Assembly: GCA_002633005.1 (NCBI GenBank)
Contig: NMRA01000442.1
Coordinates: 1 to 64,000, forward strand
Source of the DNA: Phoronis australis
Lineage: Eukaryota; Animalia; Phoronida
Direction: 5' to 3'
DNA length: 64,000 nt
Under the pieces are notes generated by a model. It was not told where the DNA came from. It made no database searches and saw nothing but the letters and a program-made list of their open reading frames with translations. The translations under genes and the position numbers were made by a program. This document shows, one piece after another, positions 26,412-37,518 of this stretch (position 1 is its first letter; each line of letters starts with the position of its first letter).

Positions 26412-29400
26412 CGTGTGCGTGTGTGTGTTTGTTTGGTTTGTGCGTGTGTGCGCGAGTACGTGTGCGTTTGCGTCTATACCCGTAAAATAAAATTAAAAAT
26501 GAAAAGTTTTCCTTGTAAAAGAATCCAATCCAATACTTCGTGTTCCTGATTGCGTAGAGTATTTGCTAATGACCCCCTTCTTGGCGGACTGTCCCACGTT
26601 TTGGGATTTTCAGCATCTCGCCACCCCATCTAAAGGTTTTCGACACACGTCCAAATTAACATATCATCAGTTACCATGGTAATTTCTAATAGCCACATTT
26701 CCCGCTCGACTAAAAAAAAATAGTTCGTTTCATTGTTTTTTGCAGCATCCGCAATTTCCGTTGTTGGGCATTTTTGGGTATTACATCTCCCGTTCGGCAA
26801 AAAACGTTGTCGCTACGTCTCTGTATGTTGCAGCGAACATTTTATCCTTAAGTTTTTGGTTAGACTAAGGTCTCACGCTTTTTATCTTTTGGTCCCGCAT
26901 TTCAATCCAGTTGTTCCGTTTCTTTCCTTATTGAATGTCAATTGTGACAACTATATAATAGGTGCTCAAAATAACAGTGTCTCATTTTACAAATATTGTT
27001 ATATTCCATAGTTCACTTTCTGTAGTAACTTAACAATCGTAAAACTGTGTTCCAATATCTGTTGTTTATTGTAACATGCATCTTTACACTATCAGGATCA
27101 CTAACTTATACTTTCCGTCAGAAAATAGTTTATTTGTTAATTTTTACTGAAAGTCCTACACTGCAACCGTTGTGATGAGCTATCTACAGTACTTTTCATA
27201 CCCACGTGATCGATATTTGCCCATTTGTATTCATTAGAAAACCTATGTCTTCCGCGAATTTCCGATAGAGTAGTTTATCGAATTTTTTAAATGTCAATGC
27301 ATTCTGTTTTTCACTGAAGAATGCAATTGTATCAAACGGCACCAAAGGTCCAATTAATTATAACGTGTAAATATGTATCATTTTGGATGAATACCTGACT
27401 AAATTACTAACAGCAAGGGTGAGGGATCCATATTCTAAACTATTTGTCTTTACTGGGTAGACATATTTTGAATCATTGAAATTATTTCTTTATGGGCTTA
27501 ACTAGTCATTTATATAACCTCTCTCGCCTGGTTCATTTTATTTTATGTTGCATTACACGCTGTTATTTTTCGCATCTTGGTAACACTCTTGAATATGCAA
27601 AATGACAATTATCTGTGAATTAAAATATTCATCATTTGCTTCTGATATAATCACCAAGAACTGCCGAAGCGCTTTCTAATAGTATGGTTCTTATTGCGTC
27701 CACCTGAAAAACGGGTAATTGCGAAAAGTTTTAATGGCAGTAAATTTCATATCAAGTACACACACTGGAACGGTCGAGTACAGGCAAATTTCACGCTGTT
27801 ACTTCGCAACCTCAGCGGCTGCAAGATCAGAGTTGGCATTCCAGGGGTAAATTTCTACAATTGAATCTAAGATAAGTGAAAAATATTGTCTGTAAGTTGC
27901 ACTCCTGATATGGGGCGACTCTTAATTGTCTTCTGACAAACCTAAAACCAAAACAAAGGAAACTTTGCCACTCCTTGTATTCGAGTCCCAACGTAGCAGG
28001 CACGCTACTTTGTAACGGGATATGCACCCTTGTTCTTACTGTTTGAAGGCACAATAGGGCCTACTTAGGACCTCGATTAGAGAAATTTCAAATAATTTAC
28101 TGACAGTTGCTTAGTAGGGATATAAATACATTGGTGACCTTTATTCAATATGGGGAAGATCGTGTGAGTTAAGGCACAAATTCGATCACTCACAAGCATT
28201 TTATGACAAACCACATTCGATGTCTCGATGAAAATTGGATCTTGATTTTTAAAAGGATACTGGGTAGTGTTTTGGTGATTTTAACTAATCTTGGTTCTGT
28301 CATCTGCTAATGCATCATTGGCGTCCCAAAGGAATGTTAAAAACAGGTTTCATTCCCGTTTACGTCACAGATTGGATATTGCGGCTCTAGATGACTGGTT
28401 TTCCCTAAAGTTGCCATGGTAACTCGCCTAAAGTAGTGATCACACTTGCCTGCTTAGTAGACTTTGTACAGAAGTTTTCAAAATTTGTCCCAAAACGTCG
28501 AGGTTAGTTGATGGTTGCAGAGCACCATTTTTTGCTTAGAATTTGATGTATATCTTTTAATAGGCCGGAACCGGGGTTGACATCCTTTTAACTTCGATAT
28601 TGCTTGTATAGTCACGTATATAATAGTGTCTTTTCTCCTTATTTATGCGGTCGTCATGAATTTCAGATCCCTGAATTTTGGAGCTCTCGGTACAGTACTT
28701 GGGCACGAATTGACGCACGGGTTTGACAGTCGAGGTAACTCATTGGTGAAGTGGTGCTGCAGACAAGACGCTTTCGTCATTTTCTCAAATTCTCACAACA
28801 GAAGAGAGGAGTGGCAAGTGTGGCAAACCGGAATTTAACAATTTCTACATAATGTAGAGAGTGTGGAGCAGTCTACCGAGCTTTGAAAATCGACCCTACT
28901 AATCCGGGTTAGGTAGACCCAAGCTCACTTGCAACGATACATCGTCGCTTATGGAGCGGAAACAATGAATTCTGTAGCATAATACTGTATTCCAATGTAA
29001 TTGATCAATCACTTTTGTGTTCGCCATCGATGTTTTGCGGTGTACGCTAGAAAGCTTCCGAGCATATTGCCAAACACTAGCACTTCACTCGCGTGGTTTT
29101 GAGTGATTTCAGTTTTCTTGAACGTCTACTGAGTTCACCACCGTCTTAAACTGGAGACTCATCCTGTGCATTTTCTAGCTTTTGATAGCCACCAAAATCT
29201 TGTTATGGTATACCATGAAGATAAAAACGCAATATCTTATCATTGGTTTGTGACTATTCCTCAAATCGTCAGAGAAGGTTATGACTTATTGAATTTGAAA
29301 ACATCGATAAGCTAAGAATCTGTCGCAGAACTTTTCAGTTCAGTATCGATTTTTAATTACGAAATAGCTACTCAACACTACCACTCGAACTGTTCCTAAG

Positions 29401-32400
29401 AGTTTTGTTTGCAGCCCTTTCTTTATTCGGTCATCTGATTATTTTGCTTTCCATTTTCAGCTGAGTTTGGTGAAACATTCAGGGAGAAGACGCAGTGTTT
29501 TATAGATCAGTACTCAAAATATCCAGTCTATAATCATTATGTAAGTTGAGAATCATGATATTTACTGTTAAAAACAATCGTTGCGTTGCATCACCGAACA
29601 TTAGCTTTGAAGGATGAGAATCATCCAGTCCAGAAACAAAAGAGTTGTCGTGCAGGTGATTGTGTGCTCTGTAGTACACATATAGGGCTGCTAGCAACTC
29701 GATGCAGCCAAATGCAATGCAACGTATTTCATATTAAGTTGCACTTACGTCATTACCCGGACGTCCAAAGAGGACAGTCAGCTTCGTGTTTTCGCTAGAA
29801 TTTTTCAGGATAGACGGTTATTGTGGTTTTTGAATGGACGGCGTATCTTTGCCGAGGAAAAATGGAAAAAACAGTCATGGAGTTTTATCTGTTCGGCTAG
29901 CCCTGTTGATTTCTGGTAAAATCAACAGAAGATTGTCTTCCATGTTTCTAAAATTATCGACTCTGTGGCTGAGGCAAATTTCGGCCAGGATCCTGACCGG
30001 TTCTCAACGACAGACAGTTAGCCATTACCGTATTCGTGAAGGGACGAGGTATATCGTGGAGTTTTTGTCTAACGTGCTTTAATAGCTGAAGATATGATTA
30101 GCCAGGTTAGGTTTATCTGGTTCTGACTAGACCGATTAGGATAGTAATTGACCCTTACCTTTCGAGACATCCTTGTTGTCTGCAGCACGGTATGACTTGT
30201 TACAAACCGGTATTGAAAATGAACTCTTCCGTTGCACCATGGTGTTCGATACTGTTCAGTGCAACGTGAGTGCAATATCGAAACGAGTAATCCGACTATT
30301 AATAATTTATCAAGTTCGGATACTTTAACTCAAAATGTAACAGAAAACACGTTTGAAATTTAGTTTGAAATTGGCTACTGTAAGCGATGTGCTAATAATT
30401 GAATGATTAAACTTTTATCTAGTTGTTGTGAAGTAAAACATTTCTTAAGTAACTTTTAATTGTGACTGGCTTAAAGTTGAGATACCTGTCTTCTAATTCC
30501 TAGCATTACTGTCCACAGGTGAACGGCAAAGCAACTCTTCATGAGAACATTGCTGACAACGGCGGGATCCATGCTGCATTTAAGGTAAGAGATGATATTT
30601 TGATTGCTATATCAAGTAGCTGAGAGCTTTTCCTATTTACAATGACAGCCAAACTGCAACGCTGGGTCTGTGTGTTGCATTGTATCAAGAAGTCGCTTTG
30701 TCGGCGAATTACTAAGTTGTGGCTTGACTGTGACATGCGCAGCTGCTTCCACCAGTATCCATGGTAACAACCATCACAATCACAATAACCGCAGTTTGCA
30801 TCACTGAAAATTAAAACGATCACGATCCTAGATGCTGCTTATCTCATTATCACCGTGGAGATCGTTCCAAACCCTTCAAAATGACCAACACTGGTGAACG
30901 TCTCCAATTTACAATCACCTTTTCAAATGACATCGACATCATCAACACCATTTTGTAAAAACACGGCGAACACGAAAGCGATCCTCAGAGTCATCGCCAT
31001 CAGTACAACTACTTGCATCGCCTTTAATGTCATTATTAATAAAACTGACACAAGATCACCACAACAAATTAATTATCACCATTACCGTCCGGCCGTCCAC
31101 CAGTCACGCGTACGTCGTAGTTGCCATTATAACTACAGAAACTATTGTCGTAGTCTGTGACATTTTCTCTCGTGGATAGGTAGGCGCAGGTTGTCACTCA
31201 CTTGTGCTTTTAACTTTCGGGGCGGCGATGCACTCAGTGAAGATTGATTCGAGTTAACCACTTGATTAATCTCGACCGCACGTTTGCAAGTCTACTCAAA
31301 CAAATTAACACAGGTAACCAACCCATCTATCAGTAAACCGCCGCGCGATACAACTGATGAGTCAAGCATCTTTTCTCTTTATCCGTCAGGCCTACGAAAG
31401 TTGGGCAGCAAGTAATGGCAAAGAAATGGCTCTTCCAGGACTGAAACTGACACATAAACAGCTGTTCTTTCTAGGATTTTCACAGGTGAGAGTAGGCGTT
31501 CCAAATTATCATCCGAAATCCCATTTTCTGGCTACAGTGACGCAGCAAGCGACAAATCGTTTCATTAAGGCACGCAAACTATTGCCATCTTATGAATTCA
31601 ATAAGCTTAGTAACTTTATTTCCAAATTGACAGATTTTTAGAAGTTGGTTGTTGTTTCCATTTATCATGGAAACAAAAAGAGGTAATTTTAAGTGCTATT
31701 CTACTGCTTACCTTTCGATTTGAATTCGCAACATTTGTTATCAAGCTCAGTTCGTTCGAAGCATAGGTCGACCATTTCAACATGACGTAAAATGACATTT
31801 ACACCAGAAAACATAACGAGCAGCACCAAAGGCAATGACGCTCTCGTCATAAATAATGCGTTTTGGTTTCGGTTTCTGCAGGTATTCTGCTCGTCGACAA
31901 CTAAGGAGCAGGCTGCGTTCAGCCTAGAGAACGACCCACACACCCCAGAGAGATATAGGTGAGTGGTACGCATAAGGGGTCGATTATGAATTCAACTCTT
32001 GGAGACTAGACGTCAAAACATTAACTCGTCGGCACATCTCAGTCTACTGAACATGGAATGCCTGTTCTATGTCTTGAGCCATGTCCAAACGGAAAAACGG
32101 TGTGACCTTCCGTAGTTTCCTGCTTACGTTGTCAGTGAAAAATTGAGCCATGCAACGATGAATTTGCTGTCTCATCTAACGAAAGTTATCCAAAAATTGA
32201 ACCATACAATGCGCGTTCTTGGAGGGCAGTTGAGCACATAGCTGTTTCAGAAAATTACAGAAAATGACAGAAAAAAATATATTCTTGAAATGTTCAAATG
32301 CGCAATCGCTTGTTACATTGAATGGGTTAAGAAATCGGACCAGATGGTCTCGTTAGCTAATCTTTACCAGATTCAAATAGTAATTCTCGAATCTTAGTTA

Positions 32401-33218
32401 GAGACGACCCGAAAAAGTTCAGGTGGAGACTTACAGTAGAATTCAGTTGGGATAAACCGATATATCTATCTTGCCAGGACCTTGCTTTGCCATGATCATG
32501 AAGGTCAGCTAAATTTGAAGGCTGGCTGTCCAGACCAGACGTTTGTTCCGTTGAGGCGAGCATCTATCCAACACGGAATTACTGTCACTGCCACGCAAAG
32601 CATAAGTCGAACAACTTTCAACTCTTCACATGTTTTCGGTGGTGAAATTCCCCTGCAGTGCAACAAAGCACTCATAAAGTCTCATTGTTTTTTTCTCGCA
32701 TATCAATATATTATTTAAGATGTCCAAGGATTCCTTGAAAAAGTCTCTCGGTGTATGTTTGCGGGTGAATCTCGATAGTTCGCAGACAAACTAGCATTCG
32801 CCAGTCTCGAAGCCAATTCTGTTAAGAACAACATTGAGGGCGAAGAGGTCTAAGTACAGAATGGCTTAGCTACCACACTAACCATCCATTTAATTACCCT
32901 TTCATTCTCGGGCTTAGGAGAATACTAACTCTCATAATGAATTGGGCTGCACACTAAGAAACAGTACGGGTAATCCCAGGTAATTTAGACTGAATACTTT
33001 TGTCATTTTGTACTGCAAACTTATATTGAAAGTTTGTAAACGTGACCAAAATCGTTCGATTTAATGCTAATCTAAACCTTTGTAAATGTACAGTAATAAC
33101 TCGTGATATTGCATGCAGGATAATTGGGAGTTTGTCCAATTCTAAAGACTTCGCGAAGCAATTCAAGTGCAAGGCAGGAACACGTATGAATCCGGTAAAG
33201 AAGTGCAAGGTGTGGTAA
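6944..33218 (+). CDS. M13 family zinc metallopeptidase (neprilysin/endothelin-converting-enzyme-like), copy A; 19 exons, ectodomain only, 5' end unresolved
   Basis: Exons: ~6944-7165 (acceptor uncertain), 8617-8740, 12140-12293, 14278-14346, 14535-14651, 16812-16913, 17291-17433, 18975-19078 (GC donor), 20392-20510, 20996-21094, 22560-22637, 24094-24194, 25337-25447, 28667-28734, 29461-29540, 30519-30584, 31390-31485, 31882-31958, 33119-33218. These splice in frame to about 675 codons. Motifs: [102 protein letters not shown]. Confidence 0.93.
10363..11657 (+). mobile_element. 5'-truncated non-LTR retrotransposon (CR1/L2-group LINE) in intron 2 of copy A
   Basis: RT motifs [69 protein letters not shown], with stops and frameshifts. 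Absent at the homologous site in B (~58300, GAAATTTTCCGAACAC). Confidence 0.9.
12553..14186 (-). pseudogene. Mariner transposase pseudogene
   Basis: ATG at 14186 ([12 protein letters not shown], interrupted by a MITE). [21 protein letters not shown] (first catalytic D changed to N), QDNEPA-x34[13 protein letters not shown]. Frameshifts near 13300 and 13550. Confidence 0.92.
13601..14176. mobile_element. Foldback MITE with ~155-bp TIRs and 8-bp TSD (P-element-like termini), nested in the mariner
   Basis: Ends CACAGGCGTA...TACGCCTGTG. Inverted arms 13601-13755 and ~14006-14176. Perfect TSD TTATCTCC at 13593-13600 and 14177-14184. Confidence 0.88.
14948..15208 (+). mobile_element. Short poly(A) retroposon insertion (TPRT product), specific to arm A
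   Basis: 15-bp TSD AAGAAGTACCTTGGC at 14933-14947 and 15209-15223. AATAAA then an A-tail at the 3' end. Empty site in B at ~56460-56480. Confidence 0.85.
17470..17880 (+). repeat. Intronic tandem duplication, two diverged ~215-bp units (also in B at ~54160-54580)
   Basis: Repeated ..CTTAGTTTTA..GATATTTCATTGGTAATG..TTCTCCGGTCAGA..CTACGTTACTTA..TGTGAAGAC.. Confidence 0.75.
19290..20140 (+). repeat. Intronic direct repeat pair (~19290-19440 and ~20020-20140), retained in B
   Basis: CAAGAGGGTTCTG..GATCTCTC.GTCAGTCC.ACGTGGT..CAGCCAAA.AACCAAA occurs twice in intron 8 of both genes. Confidence 0.7.
22165..22325 (+). mobile_element. Possible degenerate tRNA-derived SINE (shared by both arms)
   Basis: A-box-like TGACCTAGTGACT, B-box-like GATTCAAATCCC, tail-like CTGTAAAAGCGCT..GGTGCTAATGTAA. 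Homolog at ~49975-50140. Confidence 0.35.
22680..23710. mobile_element. Decayed THAP-domain DNA transposon remnant (Kolobok/KolobokP-like), intron 11 of copy A
   Basis: Minus strand from ~23560 reads [32 protein letters not shown], a THAP N-terminus. The plus strand has a convergent acidic ORF relic [30 protein letters not shown]. Ends not resolved. Confidence 0.55.
24847..25160. mobile_element. Hairpin MITE in intron 12, shared by both arms (B ~47385-47700)
   Basis: Outer IR ATAAAGGGAATTCAAGTGTCTTCCAACCATTCC / GGAATGGATGAAGGCCACTTGATTTCCTTAT. Inner IR GTGATACACTTA..TGATTGGCTGCT / AGCAGCCAATCAC..TAAGTGTGTCACG. Confidence 0.7.
25337..25447 (+). CDS. Copy A exon 13 (substrate-binding motif exon)
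   Basis: tttcag|[37 protein letters not shown] |gtaatg. Confidence 0.92.
26352..26472 (+). repeat. (GT)n/(GCGT)n microsatellite; shorter (CA)n counterpart in B at ~46435-46488
   Basis: Directly visible dinucleotide run. Confidence 0.95.
28667..28734 (+). CDS. Copy A exon 14 (HEXXH zinc-binding exon)
   Basis: tttcag|[24 protein letters not shown]|gtaact. Confidence 0.95.
30519..30584 (+). CDS. Copy A exon 16 (third zinc ligand, EXXXD)
   Basis: cacag|[22 protein letters not shown]|gtaaga. Confidence 0.95.
31156..31305. mobile_element. Old fragment of an LTR related to the 201-782 LTR, intron 16 (B copy ~42835-42980)
   Basis: TGTGACATTTTCTCTCGTGGATAGGTAGGCGCAGG..CTTTCGG..TGAAGATTGATTCGAGTTAACCACTTGATTAATCTCGACC aligns with 201-345. 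Confidence 0.65.
33119..33218 (+). CDS. Copy A terminal exon
   Basis: [32 protein letters not shown] then TAA. Confidence 0.93.
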
Positions 33219-33604
33219 ACCAGATGCCCAAGGACATCTTTAGGAGAGAAAGAGGAAGAAATATTGTCTTGGACATTATTTTTAAACTAACTGCATGTAG
33301 TGAATGAATATTCACTGCGCCGTTACCTAGCATAGTTTATATGTAAACCCACCTTAAAACAGTATCTCGGGAATTAAAATAAATATTGAGATTGTAAAAT
33401 CCGGGAGACGGTAGAAGTCATGAGCATAAGCCATCGTTATACAGAGACAGTGGCTACTGATTACCAGTGTTCATCTGCGGTAATTTTATTGCATATCAGT
33501 ACCGAACTTGTGTGCCTCTAAGAGCACGTGCAGACTTGCTTTGAAAATTCAATGTACCTTTTAGCTTTACTAGACACATGCATGTTGTAATTGATTTGAA
33601 CAAG

Positions 33605-33610
33605 AATAAA
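33605..33610 (+). promoter_or_regulatory. Candidate polyadenylation signal of copy A
   Basis: AATAAA about 390 nt after the stop, conserved in copy B (TTTATT at 40472-40477). Another AATAAA at 33378 is not conserved. Confidence 0.5.
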
Positions 33611-34808
33611 TTTGGGAAACACATTCCATTTTCTAATAGCATGTTCTCGTTCCTTCTAGTCATAAGAGAACTCGTACGCTAACAGTTGGCCTTTTGTCTT
33701 TCTGACGTTCAATCAGGAAAGTTAAGAGGCGGTAGATTTTCAAAAATCAATCTATACCTCAAAATTCAAAACTATTTCATTTTTTGTACTTAGATAGGTA
33801 TCCTATCAAAAATCTAAATGCCACATTTTATGCACCCAATGACCCCTAATTTCACCGTTGGACCTTCAGACCACAATTGGCAGCGAAAATAAGAAATCTC
33901 ACAAAATAGATTTAAAGTTATGCTTTGGTGGCTGGAAGAACCAATTTATACTGTGCATAATTATTTGGCATTGGTTCAAATTTGACATCTTTGTGCTAGA
34001 CAGGGGAGATAATCCATAGACTACTATACCTAGGAAATTTTATTGGCTGCTTCGTGTCCCTCTTAGTCTACAGCCACATTGCACCTTGTAGCCTTATGTA
34101 ACTTTTTGAAAAAAAATACTTCCTTACATTCTTTTGAAAATTGTCTTACAAAACTGTCTATTTTGGAAATGATGAGCAGAGATTATAGAGCATTGGAACG
34201 CAAATTTGAACAAGTATTGTTCATTAAATGGTTAAAAATTTGAGGTAGGCATAACAATACACACAGTTTATTGCATCAAGACATCTGACCATGTCTGTCC
34301 TCAGTCTCTGTCTCATCCCTCTCAACAGCTGTCTGCATGTATTCTGCCTTACTATAATTGGGGTCAAGCATATATCCACGCACTGACTGTTGGTGAAAAA
34401 AATCCTCCTCACCACTGCTATGAGCAACGTCTTCGTCACATACATCACTGTGTGTCTGTGATACGAGTTGCCGACTTAAACCACATTCATGATACTGCAA
34501 ACTAAAAGATTCCCAAATCCAAAATAATTGAGTTCTCCGACGATATAGAGTATCTTAGAATGCTCTTCGATAGGAAGTGGTGACGACAATTTTGGAAAAC
34601 GAACTCAAAAATATCTGTAGAACAGATCCTCACAGCTGACTCGAACGCACTAGAAACAAAAAAATGGCTGGAAATTCTTAACCCCCTCAACGTCACTTCC
34701 ACTGTAGTGCACGACTAATTAATGATATTATGAAGAGCCGTAATTAACTGAAACATATGTCTGGTATTATCAATGAACCGTAATTTACTAAAAGTGACAT
34801 GAAAGATA

Positions 34809-35011
34809 CATAAGCGGATTTAGGGAGGGAAGGGGCGCCACCGCCTCCCCTTGGGTGCCGGAAGCAAAATGATTCTCTGAAACAAAGGTCCACATCCTCG
34901 GCCCCCGCCACCCACAATTTTCGGGCCGCATGTGCACGTACAACCGCGCTTTGCCCAATTCCCCAAGGCAACATCTTCGGCCCCCCTTATGGTATCCTAG
35001 GTATGCCACTG
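34809..35011. mobile_element. Small hAT-type MITE, left arm only
   Basis: Termini CATAAGCGGATTTAGG / CCTAGGTATGCCACTG with a GC-rich interior. Absent at the mirrored site near 39045. Degenerate 8-bp flanks GAAAGATA / GAAAAAAG. Confidence 0.55.
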
Positions 35012-35219
35012 GAAAAAAGTGCTCTCCTTTTTAATAGATTTGTGTTAAGTCCATGCATACGATAGTAGCATTGACCTTAGTTATCGAAAGCCAGTGGCGG
35101 TATAATATGCACATAGGTGTGAGGGATTGCTGCTAAACTGAGCCGTCGGCACCGTCAGAAGTCGTACAATGCAGATATACGACCTGCAGAGATCATATAA
35201 TATACTAGTATTTCAATCT

Positions 35220-37195
35220 GCATACAGAGCACGTCACAATCTGCGAGACACTTTGCTTCTGGGTTGAATGAATCTAATAATTCGAATGTAGTACTCTGGA
35301 ACCAACGCAACGATTTTTGTTATCCGTAAAGGGTTAACTGCAAACATCATGGTTCTCAACTTGCAGAGAGGTCATCTACTGAATATTTTGGGTACTGTTC
35401 TATAAAACAATGCGTCTTCACTCTGAATTTTAACCGTACTTACTGTATCAGAAAAAGAAAGCAAAATAATCAAGAGGGTCGACGACCGATTAAAGAAAAG
35501 GCAGCAAAAAAGTCTTCGGTAACAATCTTCATTTCCTATCATGGTCTACCGTAACAAGATCTTGGTGGCTAAGAGAAGCTAGAAAATGTACAAGCTGAGT
35601 CTCCAGTACAAGACGGTGGTGAACTCTTGTAAACACTCAAGGTGATACAAACAGAAACCCCTCAAATCAGGTGACAGAAGAGCCCGTGTTTGGCAATATG
35701 CTTGGGAGCTTACGAGCACACACTAGCAACATGGCGACCACATAATTATTAAGTGACACGGAATTCAATGCTTGCGTTCTATATGCAAAGATTTCCCGTT
35801 TCAAGTGAAGCATAAGTGTCTTGGTTCTACCTAACACAGACGAGTAGGTTCGCTTTGTCAAGTAGACAGCCTATTCCACATTATGTAGAGGCTGTTAAAT
35901 TCCGGTTTGTCCCGATTGCCTCTCCTCTCTTCTTGTTAGGCAACTCGAGGAAATGACGAAAACTTCGCGCTTGCATCATGACTTCACCAATGACTTACCT
36001 CGACTGTCAAAAGCGTGTGTCAATTTCTGCCCATGTACAGTACTGTACCGAGAGCTCCAGAATTCAGGGATCTGAAAATCATGATGACCTCATAAAAAAT
36101 AGGAAATACACAATTGTGTAGAGAACTATACAAGCAATATCGAAGTTAAACGGATTCTAAACCCATTTTAGGCCTACGAGAACATATAATTATACAAGTG
36201 GTTCCATCAAATTCTCTGAAATAAGATAATGCTCAGTAACTATCCACAAACCTCGAAAGTTTTGATATTTTTTCTAAATCTGTTAAACGGGCAGGAGCGA
36301 ACTATGCTTTAGGCGAGTAAAAATGACAATATCATTAAAAGCCACCCGGCAAAAAGAGACACAATATCCAATCTGTGACGCAAATCAGTATAAAATTTAG
36401 TTGAAACCTGCTTTTAACATTCAATTGGTACACCAATGATGCATTTGCAGGTGACAGAACGATGGTTGGTTGAAATCAACAAAACAGTGTCTAGCATCCT
36501 TTTAAAAATTAAGATGGGACTTTTATTGAGACATCTTTTGTATCTTGTCAAATATCCTCTCCTTTTTAACAAAATACTTTTTATTATAATCCTGTGAGTG
36601 ATCGAATTTGTGTCTTTACTCACCTGATCTGCCCGATATCAGATAAATGTCACCAAAGTATTAATACCCTTACCAGTTAGCCCCTGGCAGTAAAATGTTC
36701 GAAATTTATTAATCGACATCTTAAGTACGCCATATTGTGCTTTCAAAGGTAAGCTAAAGGGTTCATATTCCTTCACAAAGTAGCGTGCCTGGCACGTTGG
36801 GATGTGAATATATGCAATGACAAAGGTTTTTTTGTTTTGTTTTCGGTTTGTAAGAAGAAAATAAGTTGTGATCTCATATCCGAAGTACAACTCACAAACG
36901 ATATTTGGAACTTGTCTTTGTTTAAAGTTAAGGATTTTGGTTGTGGTTAAAAAGGTCGCTCTCAGTTTAGGGATGCGTTGTTACATTACTTGAGAAATTG
37001 ACGACCATGAAAGGGTTGCTGAAGTATTCCAACCATGAAAAAATTTATTGGTGAGCGGTTTGTAGTGCACATCGCCAACCTTCAACATCATACACCACCT
37101 GAACACGGGAAAGTTCCTGAAACTGATTTACTTTGCATGGAACGCCCTTTCTTGAAACTGTCTTTCAGTTTTCGTGTTTTCAACCATTCGCTTTA
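35220..37195 (-). pseudogene. M13 pseudogene fragment C (exons 13, 14, 15 with introns), antisense to and downstream of copy A
   Basis: Exon 13 copy 36990-37098 has a 2-nt deletion. Exon 14 copy 35999-36071 has a 5-nt insertion, and HELTH becomes QKLTH. Exon 15 copy ~35365-35430 has lost its acceptor. Confidence 0.9.
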
Positions 37196-37518
37196 TAAAA
37201 AGGATCAGATTTTTTACAGTAGCCCGACGGAATTCATCCCTGGTTCGTGAGTGCGTAAGACTTAGACAGCCCCGCACGGTTGAATATAAACGTGGTTTTA
37301 TATTCTCAAGATTACGGGATTATGGTCGTTATTAGTTCACTAATGCGACTCATGCTTTAAAAATATTGCTGCTAGGAATGACATATACACAGTATGCTAT
37401 AATGTTTAAACTTTAATTATACGATTTCCAAGAGAAGTTGGATAATTTCGTTCACTGGTGCTTATCTCGATCTCTTTAAGCTATTCATCAGTAAATGGAA
37501 TTCAACTGTCCGTTATCC

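Larger units (their letters stand above)
4090..36606 (+). repeat. Left arm of the large inverted segmental duplication
   Basis: Reverse-complement colinear with ~37519-61380 across exons, introns, 3' flank and pseudo-fragment. The outer boundary is approximate. Confidence 0.93.

Noticed and set aside
26271-26549. Cys/Val-rich ORF
   Set aside because: It is a translation of the (GT)n microsatellite.
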